Positions 1 through 7,670 of a stretch of DNA of 39,822 nucleotides are shown here, in pieces; position 1 is the stretch's first letter; each line of letters opens with the position of its first letter. The stretch is from a virus, in the UHGV virus genome UHGV-0171730; one strand, given 5' to 3'. Position numbers and translations under genes: made by a program. The notes beneath the pieces are model-generated. The model did no database searches and was not told the origin of the DNA. It saw only the letters and a list, made by a program, of their open reading frames with translations.

Positions 1-33
1 GAGTTGACGAACTCCTGCCATGGAACGTAGTAC

Positions 34-327
34 TCACCAATAAATAAGCGTCAATACGGTGCTCCGTTGACGCTTACCATACATGGGATTAACTTGCACT
101 CCATCTTTTACGCAATATGCCTGCCCTCCACGGTTGATAACCTTGATTTCATCCATAGCGCCAGACTTCAGCCCCGCATTCTCCGCAGCCAGCGCCGCGC
201 ACTTGGCCTCCGCTTCAGCAAATTTACGCACCAGATATTCAGCGTTTGTTTCGTTAACCTTTAAATCGCTTGGGATGCATTTACCTTTCAGGAATCCATC
301 CATCTCAATTAGTGACATTTGTTTCAT
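34..327 (-). CDS. hypothetical early-left operon protein (97 aa)
   Basis: ORF with ATG start; ATGA overlap with upstream ORF stop at 324. Confidence 0.4.
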   Translation of the reverse strand: MKQMSLIEMDGFLKGKCIPSDLKVNETNAEYLVRKFAEAEAKCAALAAENAGLKSGAMDEIKVINRGGQAYCVKDGVQVNPMYGKRQRSTVLTLIYW

Positions 328-488
328 TTCTTCCCACTCCGCAACATCGCATTCAGATATTTGTTTTGATTCACTGACGGAAAAGAATTTCTCTTTAGCA
401 ATTCCTCTCTCGATGGCATTGGCTTTACGCGTTGGCGAATAATCATTTCTGCCGGAAGAATGCCTGGGTTGTATGCAAGTCCTCTCAT
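324..488 (-). CDS. small hypothetical protein (start uncertain; alternatives at 506, 521, 629)
   Basis: ATG at 488 preceded by GAGGAA at 7 nt spacing; longer ORF-track version overlaps the upstream gene by 130 nt. Confidence 0.3.
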   Translation of the reverse strand: MRGLAYNPGILPAEMIIRQRVKPMPSREELLKRNSFPSVNQNKYLNAMLRSGKK

Positions 489-498
489 GGTAAATTCC

Positions 499-795
499 TC
501 AGTCATTACTGATAGCGCCATAGCGTGATCGATAATTACGCAGCCGCGGGTCGATATATTCAGGGAAGTGGGTATATGTGGCTTTGCGGAATGGTCGGAT
601 TGATGTTTCGTTTGTTCGGTCCTTCTCATCTTTTAACGCGAGTTGTATATCGCGTCGGTACATCCGTTCTGCTTTTGTTTCTGGTGGCAGATCGATAAAC
701 GTGTCGAAAATGTTTTTGATATTTTCCAGCACCTCCGCCTTGGAGCTACCGGAGCAATTGCGCGGGTCATCCGCACCATACAGAGGCGCTGGCAT
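499..795 (-). CDS. hypothetical protein (98 aa)
   Basis: ORF in pL operon orientation, ATG start. Confidence 0.4.
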   Translation of the reverse strand: MPAPLYGADDPRNCSGSSKAEVLENIKNIFDTFIDLPPETKAERMYRRDIQLALKDEKDRTNETSIRPFRKATYTHFPEYIDPRLRNYRSRYGAISND

Positions 796-818
796 AATGG
801 GAGCCTTATTTTCAGTAA

Positions 819-1406
819 TCAGAAAGCAGGGTAATCGTTCTGGCTGTAACCATAATCATCTGCATGATTCTGGCTTACGTTTTTAGAGCGATTGTCTTTA
901 TCTTTGAGATTGGCAACCATGTTGGCGATAGTTTCTGGTTGCTTGCCTTCTACCTTTTCTTTAAGGGTTTGACCTGTTTGTGCAATAAACGGGATGCGTA
1001 TTTCCATCTGGTAGCTGTCTGCGCCAGTCTTTTTGTTTGTGGTTAATACTTTCTGGAGCACTAACCCGATTTTCTTTCCATGAAATTCAGGTGCAACAAA
1101 TTTACTGGCGGAAACCATATGCTGCGTTAATTGTCCAATCCCGGCACACCCCATCATGGCGTGAACGACATTTGCGCCAAATTTGTTTTCCGTTCCGTCA
1201 TTTTTCTGAACACAGACGCTAAGATATTGGATTTTACGTCCGTCGTCGGATTCTCCAGAAAACTCAATAAATTTGGCTCCTTTTTCTGATTGCTTTAGTT
1301 CTGCTTCAGTAATGGTAATGATATGGGCTCCAGTTTCGTTAATAAAACCACCTTGCCCTGCGGTCAGTGCTGCTTCTTCGTTATAAGTAAAAATCACGTT
1401 GCTCAT
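819..1406 (-). CDS. DUF669-like putative ssDNA-binding protein of a Sak4-type recombination module
   Basis: 195-aa ORF with ATGA start/stop overlap with the upstream ATPase gene; assignment by size and synteny. Confidence 0.5.
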   Translation of the reverse strand: MSNVIFTYNEEAALTAGQGGFINETGAHIITITEAELKQSEKGAKFIEFSGESDDGRKIQYLSVCVQKNDGTENKFGANVVHAMMGCAGIGQLTQHMVSASKFVAPEFHGKKIGLVLQKVLTTNKKTGADSYQMEIRIPFIAQTGQTLKEKVEGKQPETIANMVANLKDKDNRSKNVSQNHADDYGYSQNDYPAF

Positions 1407-2083
1407 GCGGCGTTTTCCTTAATTTGATGAACATTATTGATGCCGTAGTAATCACAAACAGTGGCATCGACGAAAGAGAGATCGTTATCAATCTCATTGG
1501 AATCAAACATTCCCATTGGGGATTTGACAGTGTCTGCACCGTTGTTTTTCGTGGTGAAAAAGAACTGGTCATCGCGGGTAAGAGTGCGAAGAACTATAGT
1601 AAACATGCCTTCGACAGTGATTTTCTCGTCCAGCATTTTGCCGATAGTTTTCATTTTCACGCGCCCCATAGGGGTTTCTTCGGTATGTGCAAGAAAATAG
1701 ACTCTCAGGTCATCAGGTGCATCCTGTGCAGCCTTAATCACCTCCCATGCGTGGCGGCCTATCTCAGTAAATTTATCAAACGATTTTTCTTCTGAGCGGC
1801 GCATAAACTCATTGCTCATCACATACTGGAAGTCATCAACAATAACGATTCTTTTTCCGTATTCGTGAGCACGCTTAATTACAGCAACTATTACGTCCCA
1901 TTTGTCAGTGGTAACTACGGTTCCTTTTTTTGCTCTGGCATCCCATGCAAGCCAGTCTTTTGATTTAAATGGTAGCGGCTTGCCTATTGGTTTTATAAGT
2001 ATTGCTTCCTCTGGATTGATATTTCTCATGCTGGTTGATTTTCCGGTGCCAGATTCACCGAGTATTAATGTCGCAGTTCCCAT
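1403..2083 (-). CDS. Sak4-like RecA-core ATPase
   Basis: Walker A GESGTGKST near N-terminus, Walker B-like IVIVDDF; occupies the position of lambda exo/bet. Confidence 0.7.
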   Translation of the reverse strand: MGTATLILGESGTGKSTSMRNINPEEAILIKPIGKPLPFKSKDWLAWDARAKKGTVVTTDKWDVIVAVIKRAHEYGKRIVIVDDFQYVMSNEFMRRSEEKSFDKFTEIGRHAWEVIKAAQDAPDDLRVYFLAHTEETPMGRVKMKTIGKMLDEKITVEGMFTIVLRTLTRDDQFFFTTKNNGADTVKSPMGMFDSNEIDNDLSFVDATVCDYYGINNVHQIKENAA

Positions 2084-2091
2084 AATTTGCC

Positions 2092-2292
2092 TCAGAATGG
2101 TAATTCGGATGGGCAGGAAAGAAATTCGCGCTCATTCATGCGCTCTCTTTGCGCCTGCCATAAACAAAGTTGTTTCTTTGATTTATCTCCCGCTTTACGC
2201 CAGTAACGAGCCTCAGCAATGTGATATTCTCTTTTTAATCGACTTAACTCTGGAGTTTTCGCCAGTTCTACCGGAATCATTTTGACCTCCAT
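2092..2292 (-). CDS. hypothetical protein (66 aa; alternative start at 2280)
   Basis: ORF only; sits where lambda has gam but is unlike Gam. Confidence 0.3.
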   Translation of the reverse strand: MEVKMIPVELAKTPELSRLKREYHIAEARYWRKAGDKSKKQLCLWQAQRERMNEREFLSCPSELPF

Positions 2293-2390
2293 TTTCTGTA
2301 GGCTTCTACGGCTTCACGAAACATCTTTTCATCGCCAATAAAAGTGGCGATAGTGAATTTAGTCTGGATAGCCATAAGTGTTTTATCCAT
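2277..2390 (-). CDS. kil: Kil-like protein (37 aa)
   Basis: Starts MDKTLMAIQTKF, overlapping the 3' end of cIII as kil does in lambda; internal Met43 of ORF 2277..2516. Confidence 0.45.
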   Translation of the reverse strand: MDKTLMAIQTKFTIATFIGDEKMFREAVEAYRKWRSK

Positions 2391-2523
2391 TTTTGGGAAC
2401 TCCTGGCTGATTAAGTATGTCGATAAGGCGTTTCCATCCATCACGTAATTTACGTGTGATTCGTTCAAGTAAAGATTCGGAAGGGCAGCCAGCAACAGGC
2501 CACCCTGCAATGGCATATTGCAT
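2383..2523 (-). CDS. cIII: CIII protease-inhibitor, 46 aa (shorter than the 54 aa remembered for lambda)
   Basis: Hand translation from ATG at 2523 gives MQYAIAGWPVAGCPSESLLERITRKLRDGWKRLIDILNQPGVPKNG then TAA; not in ORF track because under 60 aa. Confidence 0.7.
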   Translation of the reverse strand: MQYAIAGWPVAGCPSESLLERITRKLRDGWKRLIDILNQPGVPKNG

Positions 2524-2595
2524 GGTGTGCTCCTTATTTATACATAACGAAAAACGCCTCGAGTGAAGCGTTATTGGTATGCGGTAACGCCGCGC

Positions 2596-2964
2596 TCAGG
2601 CGGCCTTGATAGTCATATCATCTGAATCAAATATTCCTGATGTATCGATATCGGTAATTCTTATTCCTTCACTACCATCCATTGGAGGCCATCCTTCCTG
2701 ACCATTTCCATCATTCCAGTCGAACTCACACACAACACCATATGCATTTAAGTCGCTTGAAATTGCTATAAGCAGAGCATGTTGCGCCAGCATGATTAAT
2801 ACAGCATTTAATACAGAGCCGTGTTTATTGAGTCGGTATTCAGAGTCTGACCAGAAATTATTAATCTGGTGAAGTTTTTCCTCTGTCATTACGTCATGGT
2901 CAATTTCAATTTCTATTGATGCTTTCCAGTCGTAATCAATGATGTATTTTTTGATGTTTGACAT
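2596..2964 (-). CDS. Ea10-like protein (122 aa)
   Basis: Size and position between cIII and ral match lambda ea10; acidic C-terminus. Confidence 0.5.
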   Translation of the reverse strand: MSNIKKYIIDYDWKASIEIEIDHDVMTEEKLHQINNFWSDSEYRLNKHGSVLNAVLIMLAQHALLIAISSDLNAYGVVCEFDWNDGNGQEGWPPMDGSEGIRITDIDTSGIFDSDDMTIKAA

Positions 2965-2982
2965 CTATTCATATCCTCATAG

Positions 2983-3010
2983 ATAAAAAATCGCCCTCAC
3001 ACTGGAGGGC
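2983..3010 (-). terminator. rho-independent terminator in pL operon (tL-like)
   Basis: Hairpin GCCCTC-ACACTG-GAGGGC at 2993-3010 followed on the minus strand by a T-run (plus-strand A-run 2985-2990). Confidence 0.4.
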
Positions 3011-3146
3011 AAAGAAGATTTCCAATAATCAGAACAAGTCGGCTCCTGTTTAGTTACGAGCGACATTGCTCCGTGTATTCACTCGTTGGAATGAATACAC
3101 AGTGCAGTGTTTATTCTGTTATTTATGCCAAAAATAAAGGCCACTA

Positions 3147-3347
3147 TCAGGCAGCTTTGTTGTTCTGTTTACCAAGTTCTCTGGCAATCATTGCCGTCGT
3201 TCGTATTGCCCATTTATCGACATATTTCCCATCTTCCATTACAGGAAACATTTCTTCAGGCTTAACCATGCATTCCGATTGCAGCTTGCATCCATTGCAT
3301 CGTTTGAATTGTCCACACCATTGATTTGTATCAATAGTCGTAGTCAT
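3147..3347 (-). CDS. ral: Ral-like restriction-alleviation protein (66 aa)
   Basis: 66-aa ORF with CxxC pair (CGQFKRCNGC) at lambda ral position between ea10 and N. Confidence 0.55.
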   Translation of the reverse strand: MTTTIDTNQWCGQFKRCNGCKLQSECMVKPEEMFPVMEDGKYVDKWAIRTTAMIARELGKQNNKAA

Positions 3348-3417
3348 ACGGATAGTCCTGGTATTGTTCCATCACATCTTGAGGATGCTCTTCGAACTCT
3401 TCAAATTCTTCTTCCAT
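3331..3417 (-). CDS. small acidic ORF (28 aa), orf28-like
   Basis: Hand translation MEEEFEEFEEHPQDVMEQYQDYPYDYDY; overlaps ral start by 17 nt; low complexity. Confidence 0.25.
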   Translation of the reverse strand: MEEEFEEFEEHPQDVMEQYQDYPYDYDY

Positions 3418-3560
3418 ATATCACCTTAAATAGTGGATTGCGGTAGTAAAGATTGTGCCTGTCTTTTAACCACATCAGGCTCGGTGGTTCTCGTGTACCC
3501 CTACAACGAGAAATCGGATAAACTCTATTCACCCCTACAGAGAGCAAAAGAGAAACGCCG

Positions 3561-4142
3561 ATGAACAACTCATGGTGGCAGGAACTAATGCATTTTTTCC
3601 TGCAAGGAATGACACTTAAACAGTTGATTCATATGCTAATCATCCTGATCATATTGATTATTGTTATGCCGGTAAGCGTAAAAGAATGGATAAACCTGCA
3701 TAATCCAGAAATCCTTCCTCATTACTGGATGTATTACATCCTGTTGTTTTGCGTTAGCTATGTGCTTAACGGCGTTGTTAATTCCGCTTATCACGCTGTG
3801 ACTGAAAGAATTGAGGTATTCGCTGCTCAGAAGCGCAAATCTAAAGAAGAAAAATATGTGCAAGATTTGTTTGATTCGTTAACTCTTGGAGAAAGAGCGT
3901 ATTTGGCATTCGCTGTAGCCGCTAATAACCAGCTACAAACGGAAAAGGGCGCTCATGAATCAATTTCATTGCTCAAAAAAGGACTCCTCGTTCGAAGGCC
4001 TCCTGCTGTTGGATATCCTGATACCGACCGTTTCGTTATCCCTGAAAGCTATAGACATGAGTGCTACATTAGGTTTGCCGGGAAGGCAGACAGCCTTATG
4101 GATGAACTTATCGCTCAGGATAAGCATGGCAAAAACAAGTAA
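3561..4142 (+). CDS. sieB: superinfection exclusion protein B-like membrane protein (193 aa)
   Basis: Two strongly hydrophobic segments (LIHMLIILIILIIVMPV; YILLFCVSYVLNGVV); size and location next to N match lambda/P22 sieB. Confidence 0.6.
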   Translation: MNNSWWQELMHFFLQGMTLKQLIHMLIILIILIIVMPVSVKEWINLHNPEILPHYWMYYILLFCVSYVLNGVVNSAYHAVTERIEVFAAQKRKSKEEKYVQDLFDSLTLGERAYLAFAVAANNQLQTEKGAHESISLLKKGLLVRRPPAVGYPDTDRFVIPESYRHECYIRFAGKADSLMDELIAQDKHGKNK

Positions 4143-4158
4143 TTAGCAAATGAATTTA

Positions 4159-4431
4159 TCATCTCGCCGTCAGTTGTTTTGATTTCCGGTAGCCTGCCGC
4201 GTAAAGAGCTACGTTCGGAAGACAAGTTGAACCTTCATATTTTCTGGTCAACGTTGTCAGAGTTATCACTTCTGCTCTCATTGCTGGTTTGAGCTTGCAT
4301 TGCAAGACCACTCGTGAAGGGGTTGGCCTGTGTAGCTTGTCGGAGCTGATCGCCTCCTGACTTTGCAGATTTGCGCGACGAGCTCTACGGCGAGAAGCTG
4401 CGGTGCCTTTAAATTCTGTTTTTCTGGACAT
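4159..4431 (-). CDS. N: N-type transcription antiterminator (90 aa)
   Basis: Arg-rich motif TAASRRRARRANLQ near N-terminus; C-terminus LPNVALYAAGYRKSKQLTAR resembles P22 gp24; ATG 4431 preceded by GGGAGG at 5 nt; ORF-track start 4503 rejected. Confidence 0.8.
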   Translation of the reverse strand: MSRKTEFKGTAASRRRARRANLQSQEAISSDKLHRPTPSRVVLQCKLKPAMRAEVITLTTLTRKYEGSTCLPNVALYAAGYRKSKQLTAR

Positions 4432-4529
4432 GGATTCCTCCCGAATAAACTTTGGCGATGCAATCTCGAAGCTCCTCCTGAGACGGTTGCTTCGGCATTG
4501 CATCCCACAGCTTATGTGGTTGGGTGATC

Positions 4530-4574
4530 TGGCTTTTCAGCCACGTAGTCGAGAGTCGACGTTGTTTAAAGAGC
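4530..4574 (-). promoter_or_regulatory. nutL (boxA-like GCTCTTTAAACAACG plus hairpins)
   Basis: Minus-strand GCTCTTTAAACAACG (4560-4574), hairpin GTCGA-CTC-TCGAC (4548-4560), hairpin UGGCU-GAAA-AGCCA (4530-4543); same arrangement at nutR. Confidence 0.5.
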
Positions 4575-4599
4575 CTGCCAGTCTGTTCCATTTGGCTTC

Positions 4600-4700
4600 C
4601 AGCGTCCTGCTGACGGTTAAATAGTACGATATGTACTTTACAAGATCAATACAATTTGTTGTAAGTTGGCGTGGTTTTTTATAACGCTTTGTATTTAATA
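4600..4700 (-). promoter_or_regulatory. pL/oL region with operator-like palindrome
   Basis: AGTACGATATGTACT at 4623-4637 resembles AGTACATATTGTATT at oR (6941-6955); candidate TTGATC-17-TACTAT promoter on minus strand. Confidence 0.4.
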
Positions 4701-4835
4701 GTGTTGTTTTTTAGCGTGGATGTATTGCCTCGGCGATGTAAGGAGAGATCAGAATTGCGTGGTTTAGTGGGTTGCATCTATTTATTTTTCAATAAATATA
4801 ATTGGTTATGTGTTTTTAGGTGGGCGAACGTGAGG

Positions 4836-4862
4836 CAAAGAAAACCCGGCGCTGAGGCCGGG
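4836..4862 (-). terminator. rho-independent terminator ending the cI operon (timm-like)
   Basis: Hairpin CCCGGC-GCTGAG-GCCGGG at 4845-4862 followed on the minus strand by UUUUCUUUG, just after the stop at 4868. Confidence 0.5.
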
Positions 4863-4867
4863 TTGTA

Positions 4868-5620
4868 TTATGCTGCAAGTCTCTTAACCCAAGTCTCTCT
4901 TTTGGAGAATGGTAGAACTTGGCTTGATTCATGGAAGAGTAAGGAGAGTTGTTGCATTTGATCACCAATTGCTTCGCTGTCTATAACAACAAATCTGTTG
5001 TTATACTCCTCACTTGAAGCTTTAAGATCAATTAGTTTCCCAAGCAATGAGTAAGCACTATTCCAGCTTCCTCCGTGTTTCACGCTTGATGTAAAAACGT
5101 ATTTAGGTATGTCGGTTTTTATTGTTACAGGGACGGTAATTTGATGTCCACTCAAGCCATATACGTTTTCACGAAGAGAAAGTGCGTCTCTAAGCTCTGT
5201 GTGATATAGATAATCAATAACCATACTTTCAAACTTTTCAGCTTGAACTGGCTGATACCAGTCTAACGACAAAGTTGATGCGAGTATACCAGCTCTAATT
5301 ATGTTCGATGTAATCGCACCGACATCCTTTTCTGTTGCCCAAGCAATGATTTCTCCTCGAGCATTGAGTTCTGCGCCTTCTTTAAGCAGTAATTGTCGTA
5401 TCTCATCAAGTCGTTTTTTGGTAAGCGAGATCCCTCTTGCCTCCATATTCATTAAGGCATCGCATCTGTCACTAACTAAATACCTACCATTGACTTCACG
5501 GATAAAGGCACCGACATGCTCTCCATCATCACAGTAAGTGAATGGACTGATAATTCTCAAGGTCTTGCCTATTGGATGGCATTCGAAACCTAGTTGTGAG
5601 ATCACTGTTGAGCACATCAT
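4868..5620 (-). CDS. hypothetical protein, 250 aa, second gene after cI (rexB slot)
   Basis: ATG start overlaps upstream stop (ATGATG/TGA at 5615-5620); AT-rich; no motif recognised; no obvious TM segments. Confidence 0.6.
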   Translation of the reverse strand: MMCSTVISQLGFECHPIGKTLRIISPFTYCDDGEHVGAFIREVNGRYLVSDRCDALMNMEARGISLTKKRLDEIRQLLLKEGAELNARGEIIAWATEKDVGAITSNIIRAGILASTLSLDWYQPVQAEKFESMVIDYLYHTELRDALSLRENVYGLSGHQITVPVTIKTDIPKYVFTSSVKHGGSWNSAYSLLGKLIDLKASSEEYNNRFVVIDSEAIGDQMQQLSLLFHESSQVLPFSKRETWVKRLAA

Positions 5621-6174
5621 ATTCCAAACCCCATTTGCCCCGACTCATCTTCAAGCGGTAAAGGTATTCTCCCAGAGTAAGTTATGTTCAGATGTTTACA
5701 GAAGTAATTCCAATACCCTACCAGGTCATCTGGGTTTATGTCATCTTCGATTGGAAACGCTATTCTATCACTATAGTATCCAGCTTCTTCATAGTATACA
5801 TGGTAGTGAGCACCGTAAATGATATCTTGGTACTTCGGATGATCGACCTTGTAACTATTCGTGTGTTTGTCAAAGTGATAGGTATCTACCGCGAAAACCC
5901 TCTTGTTATGATAGAAAGCAATAATATTTATTTTAGGGTAAGAAATCGGGTCATCAGGTTCTGAATCCTGATCTGGTTTCCATTTCAGTTCAAACTTTAG
6001 CCCTTGTATAGGTATACAATCCTCATCCAAGGGGATGATATGGGCTTGTAGCCACATATCAGAGCGACTTGGTTTCTGTTTCCATTTAACGCCAGAAAAG
6101 TTAACTATTTTTTTACAATAAAGTACTTTATCAACTTCTACTTGGCTTGGCTGATAATCATCTATTTTTGCCAA
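5617..6174 (-). CDS. hypothetical protein, 185 aa, first gene after cI (rexA slot); apparent TTG start
   Basis: ORF begins at TTG (6172-6174) immediately after an in-frame TAA; next in-frame ATG is codon 40; Tyr/His-rich segment YHFDKHTNSYKVDHPKYQDIIYGAHYHVYYEE; AT-rich. Confidence 0.5.
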   Translation of the reverse strand: MAKIDDYQPSQVEVDKVLYCKKIVNFSGVKWKQKPSRSDMWLQAHIIPLDEDCIPIQGLKFELKWKPDQDSEPDDPISYPKINIIAFYHNKRVFAVDTYHFDKHTNSYKVDHPKYQDIIYGAHYHVYYEEAGYYSDRIAFPIEDDINPDDLVGYWNYFCKHLNITYSGRIPLPLEDESGQMGFGI

Positions 6175-6213
6175 TGTTTACCGCCCTGTAAATTGTAGAT
6201 AAAAGTGGTTTCA

Positions 6214-6867
6214 TCACCCAAACGTCTCTTCAGGCCATTGGCTGGCGATAACTTTCCCCACAACGGAACAACTCTCATTGCATGGGATCATTGGGTATTG
6301 TGGGTTTAGTGGCTGTAGAAACACCTGACCGCTATCCCTGATCAGTTTCTTGAAGGTAAATTCATCACCACCAAGTCTGGCTATGCAGAAATCGCCGGGC
6401 TCAACAGCTTGCTCAGGGTCAACCAGAATTAACATCCCGTCAGGAAAGCTGGGTTTGGAACCTGTTGGTGCGGTCATTGAGTTACCTTCAACCTCAAGCC
6501 AGAATGCAGAGTCACTGGCTTTTTTGGTTGTGCTTACCAATCTCTCCGCATCGCCTTTGGTAAAGGTTCTGAGTTCTGGAGAGAACATCCCAGCCTGAAC
6601 ATGAGAAAAAACAGGGTACTCATATTGTTTTTTAACTGGGGCCGATGAGTATTCGCCAACAGGTGAAAATGTCCCGTCGTGGTTGAATGATATGTTATCA
6701 ATACCAAGGTATTTAAACACCACACCAATATCACTAAGAGATGGATGACGAGATCCGCGCAACCAGTGTCCAATCCCACCCTGCGTCATACCTAGCTCTT
6801 CGGCTAACTTCTCTTGAGTTATGCCGAGCTCTTTCATTCTGGATCTAGCCAGTTCATACCATTTCAT
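6214..6867 (-). CDS. cI: CI repressor (HTH DNA-binding domain plus LexA/S24-like autocleavage domain)
   Basis: [23 protein letters not shown]; C-terminal half from [12 protein letters not shown] to [10 protein letters not shown] matches lambda cI as remembered; start 6867 chosen for AAGGA spacing (alternative 6873; ORF-track 6915 rejected). Confidence 0.85.
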   Translation of the reverse strand: MKWYELARSRMKELGITQEKLAEELGMTQGGIGHWLRGSRHPSLSDIGVVFKYLGIDNISFNHDGTFSPVGEYSSAPVKKQYEYPVFSHVQAGMFSPELRTFTKGDAERLVSTTKKASDSAFWLEVEGNSMTAPTGSKPSFPDGMLILVDPEQAVEPGDFCIARLGGDEFTFKKLIRDSGQVFLQPLNPQYPMIPCNESCSVVGKVIASQWPEETFG

Positions 6868-6984
6868 TTTCATGTCCTTATTATTACGCTCTGTACTGGA
6901 ACCATCCATGCACAATGTGTATTTTTACTTGTATTCGCAAAGTACATATTGTATTTTTTTATTCGTGTTTACTATGGAGGGCAT
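6868..6984. promoter_or_regulatory. oR / pRM / pR divergent control region
   Basis: Intergenic between divergent cI and cro; operator-like AGTACATATTGTATT at 6941-6955; AT-rich -10-like elements; GGAGG RBS at 6976-6980. Confidence 0.5.
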
Positions 6985-7200
6985 ATGAGCAACCTACGAA
7001 AATATCGAGAGTCACTGAATATCTCTCAAACAACACTTGCTAAGGCAGTTGGATGCACACAGGGAGCTATCGGACATTGGGAATCTGGTCGTCGCTTCCC
7101 AGACCTTAAAACATGCCGTGCTCTTGTTGCGTGCCTAAACAAGTTAGGCGCAAAAGTCAGTCTTGATGACGTGTTCCCGCCGGAACACAAAGCCGCTTAA
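6985..7200 (+). CDS. cro: Cro-like HTH repressor (71 aa)
   Basis: HTH ISQTTLAKAVGCTQGAIGHWESG; divergent from cI; ATG 6985 after GGAGG. Confidence 0.75.
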   Translation: MSNLRKYRESLNISQTTLAKAVGCTQGAIGHWESGRRFPDLKTCRALVACLNKLGAKVSLDDVFPPEHKAA

Positions 7201-7210
7201 TAAGCGGATC

Positions 7211-7256
7211 CGCTCTTTGTAACAACGGACATTCGTCCTACGTCGCTGAAAAGCGA
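7211..7256 (+). promoter_or_regulatory. nutR (boxA CGCTCTTTGTAACAACG plus hairpins)
   Basis: CGCTCTTT at 7211-7218, AACAACG, hairpin GGAC-ATTC-GTCC, boxB-like UCGCU-GAAA-AGCGA at 7243-7256; mirrors nutL. Confidence 0.5.
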
Positions 7257-7341
7257 GTTCCAAGATATCTGACCAACTAAGGCCATATGCGTTTCCACGC
7301 ATACCTTTCAACTAACTATTCACTATTGGAAATCTTAAGAA

Positions 7342-7638
7342 ATGGAAAGAACAAGTTACAGCAAACTATCACAGCGTGACGTTGATCGCGCAGAAACAGA
7401 TTTACTTATCAATCTGTCAGCTATTACCCAGCGCGGTCTGGCAAAGATGATTGGCTGTCATGAATCGAAGATAAGCAGAACGGACTGGAGATTTATTGCT
7501 TCGGTCTTGTGTGCTTTCGGAATGGCATCAGACATCAGTCCGATTAGCAGGGCTTTTAAGTATGCGCTTGATGGACTCACCAATAAAAAACGCCCGGCGG
7601 CAACCGAGCGTTCTGAACAAATCCAGATGGAATTCTGA
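7342..7638 (+). CDS. cII: CII transcriptional activator
   Basis: C-terminus LTNKKRPAATERSEQIQMEF matches lambda CII as remembered; N-terminal DNA-binding part differs. Confidence 0.85.
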   Translation: MERTSYSKLSQRDVDRAETDLLINLSAITQRGLAKMIGCHESKISRTDWRFIASVLCAFGMASDISPISRAFKYALDGLTNKKRPAATERSEQIQMEF

Positions 7639-7661
7639 GGTCATTACTGGATCAATCCACA
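7585..7661 (-). ncRNA. oop: OOP-like antisense RNA (approximate extent)
   Basis: Minus-strand terminator (stem CGCUCGG/CCGGGCG plus U6) at 7585-7612 in the cII 3' end, as for lambda tO; 5' end inferred from the lambda 77-nt OOP length. Confidence 0.4.
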
Positions 7662-7670
7662 GGAGTCATT

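Noticed and set aside
3955-4146. 63-aa plus-strand ORF in another frame inside sieB
   Set aside because: Nested within the 193-aa membrane-protein ORF, with no independent start signal
6814-6984. N-terminal extensions given by the ORF track for cro (6814), cI (6915), N (4503), Arc (32841), holin (12938) and NinB (9611)
   Set aside because: Internal ATGs with proper Shine-Dalgarno spacing give products matching known protein N-termini; the extensions read through promoter, operator or terminator sequence
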